A DNA stretch of 64,000 nucleotides from Mobula hypostoma. Lineage: Eukaryota. A program made the translations under genes and the position numbers. Shown here in pieces: positions 11,821 through 24,780 of this stretch. The stretch spans positions 236,470,001-236,534,000 of the forward strand of contig NC_086097.1 of assembly GCF_963921235.1 (NCBI RefSeq). Reading direction: 5' to 3'. Each line of letters begins with the position of its first letter. The stretch's first letter is position 1. The notes under the pieces are model-generated. The model was not told where the DNA came from, did no database searches, and saw nothing but the letters and a program-made list of their open reading frames with translations.

Positions 11821-12133
11821 ACTCAGCAGGTCAGGCAGCATCTATGGAGAAGAATAAACAGTCAACGATCCAGGCAGTGAAACTTCTTCAGGATTGGGAA
11901 GGGAGGGGGAAGAAGCTCGAATAAAAAGGTGTAGGGGAGGGGAAAACGTACAAGCTGGAAAGTGATAGGTGAAGACAGATGAAGGAGAAGGTAGGTGGGT
12001 GGGAGAGGGGTGATAAGGTGAGAAGCTGGGAAGTGATAGGCGGAAAAGGTAAAGAGCTGAAGGAGAAGGAATCTGATTGGAGAAGCAGACCATGGGAGAA
12101 AGCATAGGGGGAGGAGTAGTATGGGGAAGTGAT
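11821..12133 (-). mobile_element. Degraded PLE pLTR fragment
   Basis: actcagcaggtcaggcagcatctatggaga followed by a purine-rich tract homologous to 23860-24200 and 51240-51600. Confidence 0.65.
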
Positions 12134-13475
12134 AGAAACATAGAAAATCTACAGCACAACACAGGCCCTTCGGCCCACAAAGCTGTGCCGAACATGTCCT
12201 TACTTTAGAAATTACTTAAGGTTACCCATAGCCCTCTATTTTTCAGAGCTCCATGTACCTCTTCAGGAGTCTCTTAGAAGACCCTAGCATATCCACCTCC
12301 ACCACCATCGCCGGCAGCCAATTCCACACACTCACCACTCTGCGTAAAAAGCTTACCCGTCATCTCTCTGTACCTACATCCAATCACCATAAAATTGTGT
12401 CCTCTTGTGCTAGCCATTTCAGCCCTTGGAAAAAGCCTCTGACTATCCACATGATCAATGTCTCTCATCATCTTATACACCTCCATCAGGTCACCTCTCA
12501 TCCTCCGTCGCTCCAGGGAAAAAAGGCTGAGTTCACTCAAACTATTCTCATAAGGCATGCTCCCCAATCTGGGCAACATCCATGTAAATCTCCTCGGCAC
12601 CCTTTCTATGATTTCCACATCACTGTAGTGAGGCGACCAGAACTGAGCACAGTACTCCAAGTGGGGTCTGAGTGGGGTCTGAGTGGGGTCTGACCAGGGT
12701 CCTATATAGCTGCAGCATTACCTCTTGGCTTCGAAACTCAGTCCCACAATTGATGAAGGCCGATGCACCATATGCTTTCTTAACCACAGAGTCAAGAGTC
12801 ATCCTGCGCAGCAACTTTGAGTGTCCTATGGACTTGGACCCCAAGATTCCTCTGATCCTCCACACTGTCAAGAGTCTTACCATTAATACAATATTCTGTC
12901 ATCATATTTGACCTACCAAAATGAACCACCTCACACTTATCTGGATTGAACTCTATCTGCCATTTCTCAGCCCAGTTTTACATCCTATCGATGTGCCGTT
13001 GTAACCTCTGACAGCCATCCACACTATCCACAACACCTCCAACCTTTGTGTCATCAGTAAATTTACTAACCCATCCACCCACTTCTTTGTCCAGGTCATT
13101 TATAAATATCATGAAGAGTAGTGGTCTCAGAACAGATCCCTGAGGCACACAACACCACTGGTGATTGACCTCCATGCAGAATATGACCCATCTACAACCA
13201 CTCTTTGCCTTCTGTGGGCAAGCCAGTTCTGGATCCACAAAGCAATGTCCCCATGGATTCCATGCCTCCTTACTTTCTCAATAAGCCTTCCATGGGGCAT
13301 CTTGTCAAATGCCTTGCTGAATTGCATGTACACTACATCTACTGCTCTACCTTCATCAATGTGTTTAGTCATATCCTCAAAAAATTCAGTCTGGCTCGTA
13401 AGGCACAACCTGCCTTTCACAAAACATTCCTAATCATATTATGCCTCTCCAAATGTTCATAAATCCTGCCTCTCA

Positions 13476-14193
13476 TTGGAGTGTAGAAGAATGAGGAGAG
13501 ATTTGATAGAGGTTTACAAAATTATGAAGGGTATAGACAGAGTAAATGTGAATAGGCTCTTTCCACTTTGATTAGGAGAGATAAATATAGAGGACATCGC
13601 TTTAGGGTGAAAGGGAAAAGGTTTAGGGAGAACTTCTTCACTCAGAGAGTGGTGGGAGTGTGGATCGAGCTAGTAGTAGTAGTCATACTTTATTGATCCC
13701 GGGGGAAATTGGTTTTCGTTACAGTTGCGCCATAAATAATAAATAGTAATAAATAGCTAAACAGTAATATGTAAATTGTGCCAGGAAGTAAATCCAGGAC
13801 AAGCCTATTGGCTCAGGGTGTCTGATCCTCCAAGGGAAGAGTTGTAAAGTTTGATGGCCACAGGCAGGAATGACTTCCTATGACGCTCTGTGCTGCATCT
13901 CGGTGGAATGAGTCTCTGGCTGAATGTACTCCTGTGCCCACCCAGTACATTATGTAGTGGATGGGTGACATTGACCAAGATGGCATGCAACCTGGTCAAG
14001 CTACCATCTGACGTGGTAAATGCAGGCTCACTCTTAAGTTTTAAGAATAAATTAGATAGATACATGGACGGGAGAGGTCTGGAGGGTTATGGACTGGGTG
14101 CAGGTCAATGGGACGAGCGGAATAAAGTTTCGGCACAGACTATAAAAGCCGAATGGCCTGTTTTCTGTGCTGTAGTGTTCTATGGTTCTATGG
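13476..14193 (+). mobile_element. CR1 3' fragment nested in the minus-strand CR1
   Basis: 6-bp TSD ctctca at 13470-13475 and 14194-14199; ends gccgaatggcctg..ttctatggttctatgg. Confidence 0.85.
13673..13998 (-). mobile_element. Rex1/Babar-type 3' fragment nested in the plus-strand CR1
   Basis: THPLHNVL..STFSQRLIPPRCSTERHRKSFLPVAIKLYN; tail aataaagtatgactactactac; 5-bp TSD agcta at 13668-13672 and 13999-14003. Confidence 0.75.
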
Positions 14194-16310
14194 CTCTCAG
14201 GATCTTCTCTGTCAACTAACGAACAATTGAAGTAAGACTCACTGGTCGACAAATTCCTGAGCTATCTCTACTCCCTTTCTTGAAAAATGGAACAACATCC
14301 GCTACCCTCCAATCCTCCAGAACTTCTCCCATCCTCATTGATGATGCAAAGATCATCGCCAGAGGCTCAGCAATTTGCTCCCTCACTTCCCACAGTAGCC
14401 TAGGATACATCTTGTCTGGTCCCGGTGACTTATCCAACTTGATGCTTTCTAAAACTCCAGCAAATCTTCTTTATTAATATCTACGTGCTCAAGCTTTTCA
14501 GTCCGCTGTAAGCCATCCCTACAATCGCCAAAATCCTTTTCTGTCGTGAATACGGAAGCAAAGTACTCATTAAGTATCTCTGCTATCTCCTCTGGTTCCA
14601 TACACACAGTTCCACTGTCACAGTTGATTGGTCCTATTCTCTCACGTCTTATCCTTTTGCTCTTCACATATTTGTAGAGTGCCTTGGGGTTTTCCTTAAT
14701 CCTGTCCAACAGGGCCATCTCATGGCCCCTTCTGGCTCTCCTAATTTCATTCTTAAACTCCTTCCTGCTAGCCTTATAATCTTCTAGATCTCTGTCATTA
14801 CCTAGTTTTTTTGAACCTTTCACTATCTCTTGTTTTCTTCTTGACTAGATCTACAACAGCCTTTGTACACCACGGTTCCTGTACCCTACCATCCTTTCCT
14901 TGTCTCGTTGGAACATACCTATGCAGAATTCCATGTAGATATCCCCTGAACATTTGCCACATTTCTTCCGTACATTTCCCTGAGAGCATCTGTTCCCAAT
15001 TTATGCTTCCAAGTTCCTGCCTGATAGCCTCATATTTCCCTTTACTCCAATTAAATACTTTCCTAAATTGTCTGTTCCTATCCCTCTCCAATGCGATGGT
15101 AACGGAGATAGAATTATGATCACTGTCCCCCAAAATGCTCTCCCACTGAGAGATCTGACACGTGATCAGGTTCATTTCCCAATACAAGATCAAGTACAGC
15201 CTCTCCTCTTGTAGGCTTATCTACATATTGTGTCAAGAAACCTTGAACATACCTAACAAACTCTACCCCATCTAAACCCCTCGTTCTAGAGACATGCCAA
15301 TCGATATTTGGGAAACTAAAATCTCCCACCACGGTAACCCTGTTATTATTAAACCTTTCCAGAATCTGCCTCCCTATCTGCTTCTCGAAGTCACTGTTAC
15401 TATTGGGTGGTCCTCAAAAAACACCCAGCAGAGTTACTGATTCTTCCTGTTCCTAACTTCCACCCATAGAAACTCTGTAGACAATCCCTCCATGTCTTCC
15501 TTCTTTTCTGCAGCTGTGACACTATCTCTGATCAGCAGTGCTATGCCCCCACCTCTTTTGCCTCCCTCTCTGTCCTTTATGAAACACCTAAAGCCTGGCA
15601 CATTAAGTAACCATTCCTGCCTCTAAACCATCCAGGTCTCTGTAATGGCTACAACATCACAGCTCCAAGTACTATTCCATGCTCTAAGCTCATCTACTTT
15701 GTTCATGATACTCCTTGCATTAAAAGAGACAACTCTCAAACCATCAGACTGAGCGCGTCCCTTCCCTACCATCTGCCTATCCTCCCTCTTGCACTGTCTC
15801 CAAGCTTTCTCTATTTCTGAGCCAACTGCCTCTTCCTCTGTCTCTTCAGTTTGGTTCCCACCTCCCAGCAATCCTAGTTTAAAGTCTCCCCAGCAGCCTT
15901 AGCAAACCTCCCCACTAGGATATTGGTCCCCCTGGGATTCAAGTGATCGGCAAGTGAGGAGAAGAGAAGAGGTATGAAGGAAGCCAGAATGGGGAATGGA
16001 ATAAGAGGGAAGCAGATATTGACAGCTTATGCCGTGACTGATGGAGATTTAGCCTTCCCTTCAGAAAAGTAACTAAAATAGGCTATGCCGTGTTCTTTGC
16101 AGATCTGACATTTGAAGAGGCCTATATTATTCAATTCCAGATGGTGACTTATCCATTGAACATCTGGCTACTACACTAGGAAGCCATAGGGCTGAGAATG
16201 CCACTTGATTTTATGGTTCCAAGGTTTGCAATCTGTCTTCAGTTTACTATATAAACCTTTTGATAAAAAGTATAGAGAAGGCCGTTGCTTGCTCCATTGG
16301 CAATGTTCTC

Positions 16311-17920
16311 AAAAAGCTGAAGGACCAAAAGGTAGATAAGTCAACCCGACCAGAGGAACTGCACCTAGAGTTCTGAAAGAGGTAGTGTTAGAAATTCTGG
16401 TGGCATTTAAAATGATCTTTCAAAAATCATTGGATTCTGGCATGGTGCCAGGGGGATGGAAAACTGCAAATGTTTCCCCATTCTAAGAAAGGAGGAAGGT
16501 AGCAGAAAGGAAATTATAGACCAGTTAGTCTGACCTCAGTGGTTGGAAAGATGTTGGAGTCAATTGTTAAGGATGAGGTGATGGAGTACTTGGTGACACA
16601 GGACAAGATAGGAAAATGTCAGCATGGCTTCCTTCAGAGAAAATCATGCCTGATGAACCTGTTGAACTTCGTTGAGGAGATTACAAGTAGGATAGATAAA
16701 GGGGATGCAGTGGATACTTTATATTTGGACTTTCAGAAGGCCTTTGATAAGGTGCCACACATGAGGCTGCTTACCAAGTTAAGAGCCCATGGTATTACAG
16801 GATAGTTACTAACATGGTTAGAGCATTGGCTGATTGGTAGGAGGCAGTGAGTGGGAATAAAAAGATTCTTTTCTGGTTGGCTGCCAGTAACTAGTGGTGT
16901 TCCACAGGGGTCGGTGTTGGGACCACTTCTTTTTATGCTGTATATAATTGATTTAGATGATGGAATAGATGGCTTTGTTGCCAAGTGTACAGATGATGCG
17001 AAGCTTGATGGAGGGGCAGGTAGTGTCGAGGAAATAGATAGGATGCAGAATGACAGACAGATTTGGAGAATGGGCAAGAAAGTGGCAAATGAAATACTTT
17101 GTACTATGTTGGAAAACACATATCCATGCAATTTGGTAGTAGAAATAAATGTGTGAACTATTTTCTAAATGGGGAGAAAACCCAGGAATCTGAGATGTAG
17201 AGGGACCTGGGAGTCCTTGTGCAGAACACCCTAAAAGTTAACTTGCAGTTTGAGGCAGTGGTGAGGAAGGAAAATGTCATGTTAGTATTCATTTTAAGAG
17301 GTCGAGAATACAAGAGCAAGGATGTGATGCTCAGGCTTTATAAGGCATTAGTAAGGTCTCACCTTGAGTATTGTGAACAGTTTTGGGCCCCTCATCTTAG
17401 AAAAAGTATGCTGGCACTGGAGAGCGTCCAGAGGAGGTTCAAAAGGATGAAAGGTTTACCATACAAGGAACGTTTGACGGCTCTGGGTCTGTACTCGCTG
17501 GAATTCAGAAGGATGGGGGGGATCTCACTGAAACCTTTTGAATGTTGAAAGAACTGGACAGAGTAGATTTGGAAAGGATGTTTTCCATGGTTGGAGAGTC
17601 TAGGTCAAGAGGGCACAGTGTCAGGATAGAGGGGCGCCCTTTCAAAACAGATGTGGAGAAATTTCTTTAGCCAAAGGGTGGTAAATTTCTGGAATTTTTT
17701 GCCACATGCAGCTGTGGAGGCCAGGAGATTGGGTGTATTCAAGGCAGAGATTGATAGGGTCTTGACGTGGCATCAAAGGTTATGGGGAGAAGGCCAGGAA
17801 CTGGGGTTGAGGAGGAGATAGAAAAGAAGGAAAAGAAGGATTAGCATGATTGAATGGCAGAGCAGACTCGATAGGATAGATGGCCTAGTTCTTCTCCTTT
17901 GTCTTATGGTCTTGTGGTCT
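16311..17920 (+). mobile_element. Degraded 5'-truncated CR1 LINE
   Basis: [47 protein letters not shown]; tcttatggtcttgtggtct tail. Confidence 0.9.
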
Positions 17921-18481
17921 CTATAGGAAAACAATGAAATACAATAGAATTTCTGAAAAACTATACCTTCAAAGGCTGACAAACAATCAATGTGCAAAAG
18001 ACAAATCATGCAAACAATCTGCTCCTAGGTCCTTCGTATAACAGCAGAAGTACTGTCTTAATCCAACCATGCAGAAAGCTAAAGACACTAAATCATTAAT
18101 TCAACAGATGTGCTAGTAGCATGAGCCAAGAAATTAGCATGTTGTATTATTGCTGTGGTTGTCATGACAGCATTATTTATAAGAAACCTTTGTTCGCGAA
18201 TTGATGCATGACCATTAAGAGTTGCAGAAGTTAGCTATCACCAGTTAAGTGCATTAGTAAAAGCTCTTGAAAGGCCTGAGTCTCTTGAAAATAACTACTG
18301 TAACTTAACTTGTTCTGATTAATTTGGATCATTCGTTTAAACTCATGAGTAAGTGGAGGGGAGGGAGTAAAGGCGAAGGGTCCTGTATTACATAGAAACA
18401 TAGAAAATAGGTGCAGGAGTAGGCCATTCGGCCCTTTGAGCCTGCACCGCCATTTATTATGATCATGGCTGATCATCCAAC

Positions 18482-21400
18482 TCAGAACCCCACCCCAGCC
18501 TTTCCTCCATACCCCTTGACCCCTGTAGCCACAAGGGCCATATCTAACTCCCTCTTAAACATAGCCAATGAACTGGCCTCAACAGTTTGCTGTGGCAGAG
18601 AATTCCACAGATTCACCACTCTCTGTCTGAAGAAGTTTTTCCTAATCTCGGTCCTAAAAGGCTTCCCCTCTATACTCAAACTGTGACCCCTCGTTCTGGA
18701 CTTCCCCAACATCGGGAACAATCTTCCTGCATCTAGCCTGTCCAATCCCTTTAGGATCTTATACGTTTCAATCAGATCCCCCCTCAATCTTCTAAATTCC
18801 AACGAGTACAAGCCCAGTTCATCCAGTCTTTCTTCATATGAAAGTCCTGCCATCCCAGGAATCAATCTGGTGAACCTTCTTTGTACTCCCTCTATGGCAA
18901 AGATGTCTTTCCTCAGATTAGGGGACCAAAACTGCACACAATACTCCAGGTGTGGTCTCACCAAGGCCTTGTACAACTGCAGTAGTACCTCCCTGCTCCT
19001 GTACTCGAATCCTCTCGCTATAAATGCCAGCATACCATTCGCCTTTTTCACCGCCTGCTGTACCTGCATGCCCACTTTCAATGACTGGTGTATAATGACA
19101 CCCAGGTCTCGTTGCACCTCCCCTTTTCCTAATCGGCCACCATTCAGATAATAATCTGTTTTCCTATTTTTGCCACCAAAGTGGATAACTTCACATTTAT
19201 CCACATTAAATTGCATCTGCCATGAGTTTGCCCACTCACCCAACCTATCCAAGTCACCCTGCATCCTCTTACCATCCTCCTCACTACTAACACTGCCGCC
19301 CAGCTTCGTGTCATCCGCAAACTTGGAGATGCTGCATTTAATTCGCTCATCCAAGTCATTAATATATATTGTAAACAACTGGGGTCCCAGCACTGAGCCT
19401 TGCAGTACCCCACTAGTCACCGCCTGCCATTCTGAAAAGGTCCCGTTTATTCCCACTCTTTGCTTCCTGTCTGCTAACCAATTCTCCACCCACACCAATA
19501 CCTTACCCCCAATACCGTGTGCTTTAAGTTTGCACACTAATCTCCTGTGTGGGACCTTGTCAAAAGCCTTTTGAAAATCCAAATATACCACATCCACTGG
19601 TTCTCCCCTATCCACTCTACTAGTTACATCCTCAAAAAATTCTATGAGATTCATCAGACATGATTTTCCTTTCACAAATCCATGCTGACTTTGTCCGATC
19701 ATTTCACCGCTTTCCAAATGTGCTGTTATCACATCCTTGATAATTGACTCCAGCAGTTTCCCCACCACCGACATTAGGCTAACCGGTCTATAATTCCCCG
19801 GTTTCTCTCTCCCTCCTTTTTTAAAAATTGGGGTTACATTAGCCACCCTCCAATCCTCAGGAACTAGTCCAGAATCTAACGAGTTTTGAAAAATTATCAC
19901 TAATGCATCCACTATTTCTCGGGCTACTTCCTTAAGCACTCTAGGATGCAGACCATCTGGCCCTGGGGATTTATCTGCCTTCAATCCCTTCAATTTACCT
20001 GACACCACTTCCCTACTAACATGTATTTCACTCAGTTCATCCATCTCACTGGACCCTCTGTCCTTTACTATTTCTGGAAGATTATTTATGTCCTCCTTAG
20101 TGAAGACAGAACCAAAGTAATTATTCAATTGGTCTGCCATGTCCTTGCTCCCCATAATCAATTCACCTGTTTCTGTCTGCAGGGGACCTACATTTGTCTT
20201 TACCAGTCTTTTCCTTTTTACATATCTATAAAAGCTTTTACAGTCGGTTTTTATGTTCTCTGCCAGTTTTCTTTCATAATCTTTTTTCCCCTTCCTAATT
20301 AAGCTCTTTGTCCTCCTCTGCTGAACTCTGAATTTCTCCCAGTCCTCAGGTGAGCCACTTTCTCTGGCTAATTTGTATGCTACTTCTTTGGAATTGATAC
20401 TATCCCTAATTTCTCTTGTCAGCCACGGGTGCACTACCTTCCTTGATTTATTCTTTTGTCAAACTGGGATGAACAATTGTTGTAGTTCATCCATGCAACC
20501 TATAAATGCTTGCCATTGCATATCCACCGTCAATCCTTTAAGTGTCATTTGCCAGTCTATCTTAGCTAATTCACGTCTCATACCTTCAAAGTTACCCCTC
20601 TTTAAGTTCAGAACCTTTGTTTCTGAATTAACTATGTCACTCTCCATATTAATGAAGAATTCCACCATATTATGGTCACTCTTACCCAAGGGGCCTCTTA
20701 CGACAAGATCGCTAATTAACCCTTCCTCATTGCTCAAAACCCAGTCCAGAATAGCCTGCTCTCTAGTTGGTTCCTCGACATGTTGGTTCAAAAAACCATC
20801 CCGCATACATTCCAAGAAATCCTCTTCCTGAGCACCTTTACCAATTTGGTTCACCCAGTCTACATGTAGATTGAAGTCACCCATTATAACTGCTGTTCCT
20901 TTATTGCACACATTTCTAATTTCCTGTTTAATACCATCTCCGACCTCACTACGACTGTTAGGTGGCCTGTACACAACTCCCACCAGCGTCTTCTGCCCCT
21001 TAGTGTTACGCAGCTCTACCCATATCGATTCCACATCTTCCCGGCTTATGTCCTTTCTTTCTATTGCGTTAATCTCTTCTTTAACCAGCAACGCCACCCC
21101 ACCTCCCCTTCCTTCATGTGTATCCCTCCTGAATATTGAATATCCCTGAACGTTGAGCTCTCATCCCTGGTCACCCTGGAGCCATGTCTCTGTGATCCCA
21201 ACTATATCATAATCATTAATAACAATCTGCACTTTCAATTCATCCACCTTATTACGAATGCTCCTTGCATTGACACACAAAGCCTTCAGGTGCTCTTTTA
21301 CAACTCTCTTAGCCCTTATACAATTATGTTGAAAAGTGGCCCTTTTTAATGCTTGCCCTGGATTTGTCGTCCTGCCACTTTTACTTTTCTCCTTTGTACT

Positions 21401-21529
21401 TTTTGCTTCTACCCTCACTTTACACCCCTCTGTCTCTCTGCACTGGTTCCCATCCCTCTGTCGTGAACTAACCTCCTCACGCCTAGCCTCTTTAATTTGA
21501 TTCCCACCCCCCAACCATTCTAGTTTAAA
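18482..21529 (-). pseudogene. CR1 ORF2 (APE endonuclease and RT), one reading frame with two in-frame TGA codons (21161-21163, 20459-20461)
   Basis: ORFs 21161-21514, 20459-21097 and 18482-20434 are in the same frame; NARSIRNK, ITETW, MGDFN, SDH, KSPGPDG, NYRPVSL, DFQKAFD, QGSVLGP, KFADD. Confidence 0.92.
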
Positions 21530-21829
21530 GTCACCTCAGTAGCCCCCGCTAATCTCCCCGCCAGGATATTGGTCCCCCTAGGATTCAAGTGTAACCCGTC
21601 CTTTTTGTACAGGTCACGCCTGCGCCAAAAGAGGTCCCAATGATCCAAAAACTTGAATCCCTGCCCCCTGCTCCAATCCCTCAGCCACGCATTTATCCTC
21701 CACCTCATCGCATTCCTACTCTCACTGTCACGTGGCACAGGCAGTAATCCCGAGATTACTACCTTTGCTGTCCTTTTTCTCAACTCCCTTCCTAGCTCCC
21801 TATATTCTCCTTTCAGGACCTCATCCCTG
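21520..21829 (-). pseudogene. CR1 ORF1 C-terminal SGNH/GDSL esterase-like domain (5'-truncated)
   Basis: VVISGLLPVPR, INAWLRDW, YKKDGLHLNPRG (DxxH motif); ends ..VTLN*. Confidence 0.85.
21523..21529 (-). promoter_or_regulatory. Candidate -1 ribosomal frameshift slippery site T_TTA_AAC at the CR1 ORF1/ORF2 junction
   Basis: ORF1 codons ACT TTA AAC TAG; ORF2 frame TTT AAA CTA GAA TGG TTG; same heptamer at 15877-15883 (-) and 48609-48615 (+). Confidence 0.6.
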
Positions 21830-22635
21830 GCAATGTCTCGGACCCCTCGATCACCAATGGCTTTTGCTGGTAGACAATAATCTCTACAGGCAACTTGGGC
21901 AAAAAAAATCATTACAATGCTCTATTCAGCCAGCACCAGCATCCATAAAGTGGAGTGAACTTCTTGATCAGATTCTCCGCGGAGAGAATTGCCATTCAGA
22001 ATTCAATGAACATTTCTATAAAATGCCAATTCCATTATGGGAAGTAGCCATCCCACTAAGAAAGCATAAGGGCCTATCATCTGATTTAGCTGGTATTCTG
22101 GGAAATTGACAATAATTTTTTTTCTTCTATTTTCCATTGGCTAATGCAATAACTTCTATCTCATAGAATGTGTTTCTGTTCAGAACATTTCAGCTAAGTG
22201 TGCATTACCAGCTTTCATTCAGGTGTTTAGCATGCTTCAGCACATGACCTCCACAAACATATGAATATATAAACCAACTATTATTTAGTTTAATGCTGAT
22301 CTGATTAGAACTTCAACTCTCTATTCCCATCTCCCTTCAGTAGCCAGAGCCAACGTCAGAAAAAAAACTAATTGTACAAAATAATAAAATTCAAGACTTT
22401 TATCGCCAAAAAGTGAAATGATCCTTTCTATTTATGCTTTATTTCATATTCATTTATTTCTTCTGTCTAATTTTTCATCAACATATTTGTTTCTCAACAA
22501 ATTAATGTGGCATTGACTAAAATAATTATAGGATTTAATCTTCAGACATCTGGCTTCAGACAGAGGAAACCCAGCTTTCCTCTTGTGTACTGGAATGTGG
22601 TTTCCAGTGCACAAGATAAAAACTGGGTTTAAATC

Positions 22636-22879
22636 ATAGAACAATACAGCACTGTTCAGGCCCCTTGGCCCACAATGTTGTGTCAACCCTTTAACCTTAT
22701 TCAAGATCAATCTAAGCCTACCCTCCTGCATAGTCTCCATTTTTCTTTCATCCACATGCCTATCTAAGAGCTTCTTAAATGTCCCTAATGTATCTGCCTC
22801 TACCACCATCCCTGGCAGCAAATTCCATACACGTACAAGACTCTGTGTAATAAACATACCTCTAACACCACTCATTAAC

Positions 22880-22917
<38 letters not shown>

Positions 22918-23025
22918 CTTTCCTCCAAACTTCTTAAGGTTATTCCCCTTGTATTAGCCATTTCTCCCTCTGTAAATGGTGCTGGCTGTCTGCTCTTTCG
23001 AAGTCTCTTCTGTTCTTGTATACCT
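22636..23025 (-). mobile_element. Old CR1 3' fragment containing a (CA)n microsatellite (22882-22916)
   Basis: FITQSLVRVWNLLPGMVVEADTLGTFKKLLDRH; catagaacaatacagcac tail. Confidence 0.8.
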
Positions 23026-24343
23026 CATAACCATTTTCACATGCAGATTGCAACATTATCTCCTCTTCATCGATATACAAACTCAAGGATGAAGTGAAAT
23101 TACCACTAAAATTCAAACTTTAGACTAAACTCTGCAATTCTTTTATTATAAGCCAGAGTCTCAACATACATAAGCAGGTTATGTGCGTTAGTATGATTTA
23201 CAAGTGAGACATATTAAGTTCAGTGTTCACCATGAGATCAGAGGAAGAAAAGAAATCGCAGTCCTATAAAACATGTATGAAGAGCATAGAGAGAAAGGGT
23301 GGATATTGCTCAGATTCACTGAAAGATAATACTGGAAAATTGAATCCTCATCCTACAAGGAGAATTACTTAAGCAGGAGATGAGGAGAATGAAAAGGATA
23401 ATGGTGTTAATGAATGGAAAAAAAACTGTTCCAACAGTTCTAAGTATGAAGAATATTTGTTGTGGGTTAAAATTAGGTTAAATATCTCTTCTACACTGAT
23501 TACGGCACCTGACATTAAACCAGCAAAGTGTACCCTAGAAAGTGAACTAGACCATAAGACCATAAGATATAGGAGCAGAATTAGGCCATTTGGCCCATCA
23601 AGTCTTCTCCACCATTTCATCATGGCTGATCCATTTTTCCTCTCAGCCCCAATCTCCTGACTTTATGCCCTAACTAATCAAGAATTTATCAACCTCTGCC
23701 TTAAAAATACCCAATGATTTAGCATCCACAGCCAGGGTATGTCAATGAATTCCACAGATCCATCACTCTCTGGCTGAAGAAATTCTTCCTCATCTCTATT
23801 CTAAAAAGACATACCTCTATTCTGAGAAACATACATCAAAGTTGCTGGTGAACGCAGCAGGCCAAGCAGCATCTATAGGAAGAGGTGCAGTCGACGTTTC
23901 AGGCCGAGACCCTTTGTCAGGACTAACTGAAGGAAGAGTGAGTAAGGGATTTGAAAGCTGGAGGGGGAGGGGGAGATGCAAAATGATAGGAGAAGACAGG
24001 AGGGGGAGGGATAGAGCCGAGAGCTGGACAGGTGATAGGCAAAAGGGGATACGAGAGGATCATGGGACAGGAGGTCCGGGAAGAAAGACGGGGGGGGGGG
24101 TGACCCAGAGGATGGGCAAGAGGTATATTCAGAGGGACAGAGGGAGAAAAAGGAGAGTGAGAGAAAGAATGTGTGCATAAAAATGAGTAACAGCTGGGGT
24201 ACGAGGGGGAGGTGGGGCCTAGCGGAAGTTAGAGAAGTCAATGTTCATGCCATCAGGTTGGAGGCTACCCAGACGGAATATAAGGAGATTAAGAGTAAGG
24301 ACTAATTCTGCTAGACGGAGCAGAGTGGTGGTAGAGGGACCCC

Positions 24344-24780
24344 CTCCCCACTGATCTCCCTCCTGGCACTTATCCGTGTAAGCGGAACAAGTGCTACACA
24401 TGCCCTTACACTTCCTCCCTTACCACCATTCAGGGCCCCAAACAGTCCTTCCAGGTGAGGCATCACTTCACCTGTGAGTCGACTGGGGTGATATACTGCG
24501 TCCGGTGCTCCCGATGTGGCCTTTTATATATTGGTGAGACCCGACGCAGACTGGGAGACCGCTTTGCTGAACATCTACGCTCTGTCCGCCAGAGAAAGCA
24601 GGATCTCCCAGTGGCCACACATTTTAATTCCACATCCCATTCCAGTCTGACATGTCTATCCACGGCCTCCTCTACTGTAAAGATGAAGCCACACTCAGGT
24701 TGGAGGAACAACACCTTATATTCCGTCTGGGTAGCCTCGAACCTGATGGCATGAACATCGACTTCTCTAACCTCCGCTAA
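24344..24780 (+). pseudogene. PLE GIY-YIG endonuclease domain with Cys-rich linker (frameshift near 24643)
   Basis: PGTYPCKRNKCYTCPY..FTCESTGVIYCVRCSRCGLLYIGETRRRLGDRFAEH..PVATHFN, then in another frame EEQHLIFRLGSLEPDGMNIDF. Confidence 0.9.

Larger units (their letters stand above)
12134..15946 (-). mobile_element. Degraded CR1 LINE (ORF1 end, ORF2, 3' tail), interrupted at 13476-14193
   Basis: Successive minus-strand fragments [53 protein letters not shown]; (CATAGAAA) tail at 12134. Confidence 0.9.
18391..21829 (-). mobile_element. Young CR1 LINE, 5'-truncated within ORF1
   Basis: (CATAGAAA)2 tail at 18391; complete ORF2 in one frame; ORF1 esterase C-terminus. Confidence 0.95.

Noticed and set aside
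12661..12693. Triple 11-bp tandem gtggggtctga (similar 13-bp duplication near 50021)
   Set aside because: Local slippage inside dead CR1 copies; no spacers, not CRISPR-like
16090..16150. Possible short exon (ttctttgcag..ATGgtgact; DLTFEEAYIIQFQM)
   Set aside because: Weak donor, no recognisable protein, no supporting exons
18870..21149. Many 60-160 aa ORFs antisense to CR1 ORF2 (here and throughout the window)
   Set aside because: Shadow frames of the LINE coding strand that recur only because the repeats recur
21974..21985. 12-bp palindrome tctccgcggaga
   Set aside because: Expected by chance in 64 kb
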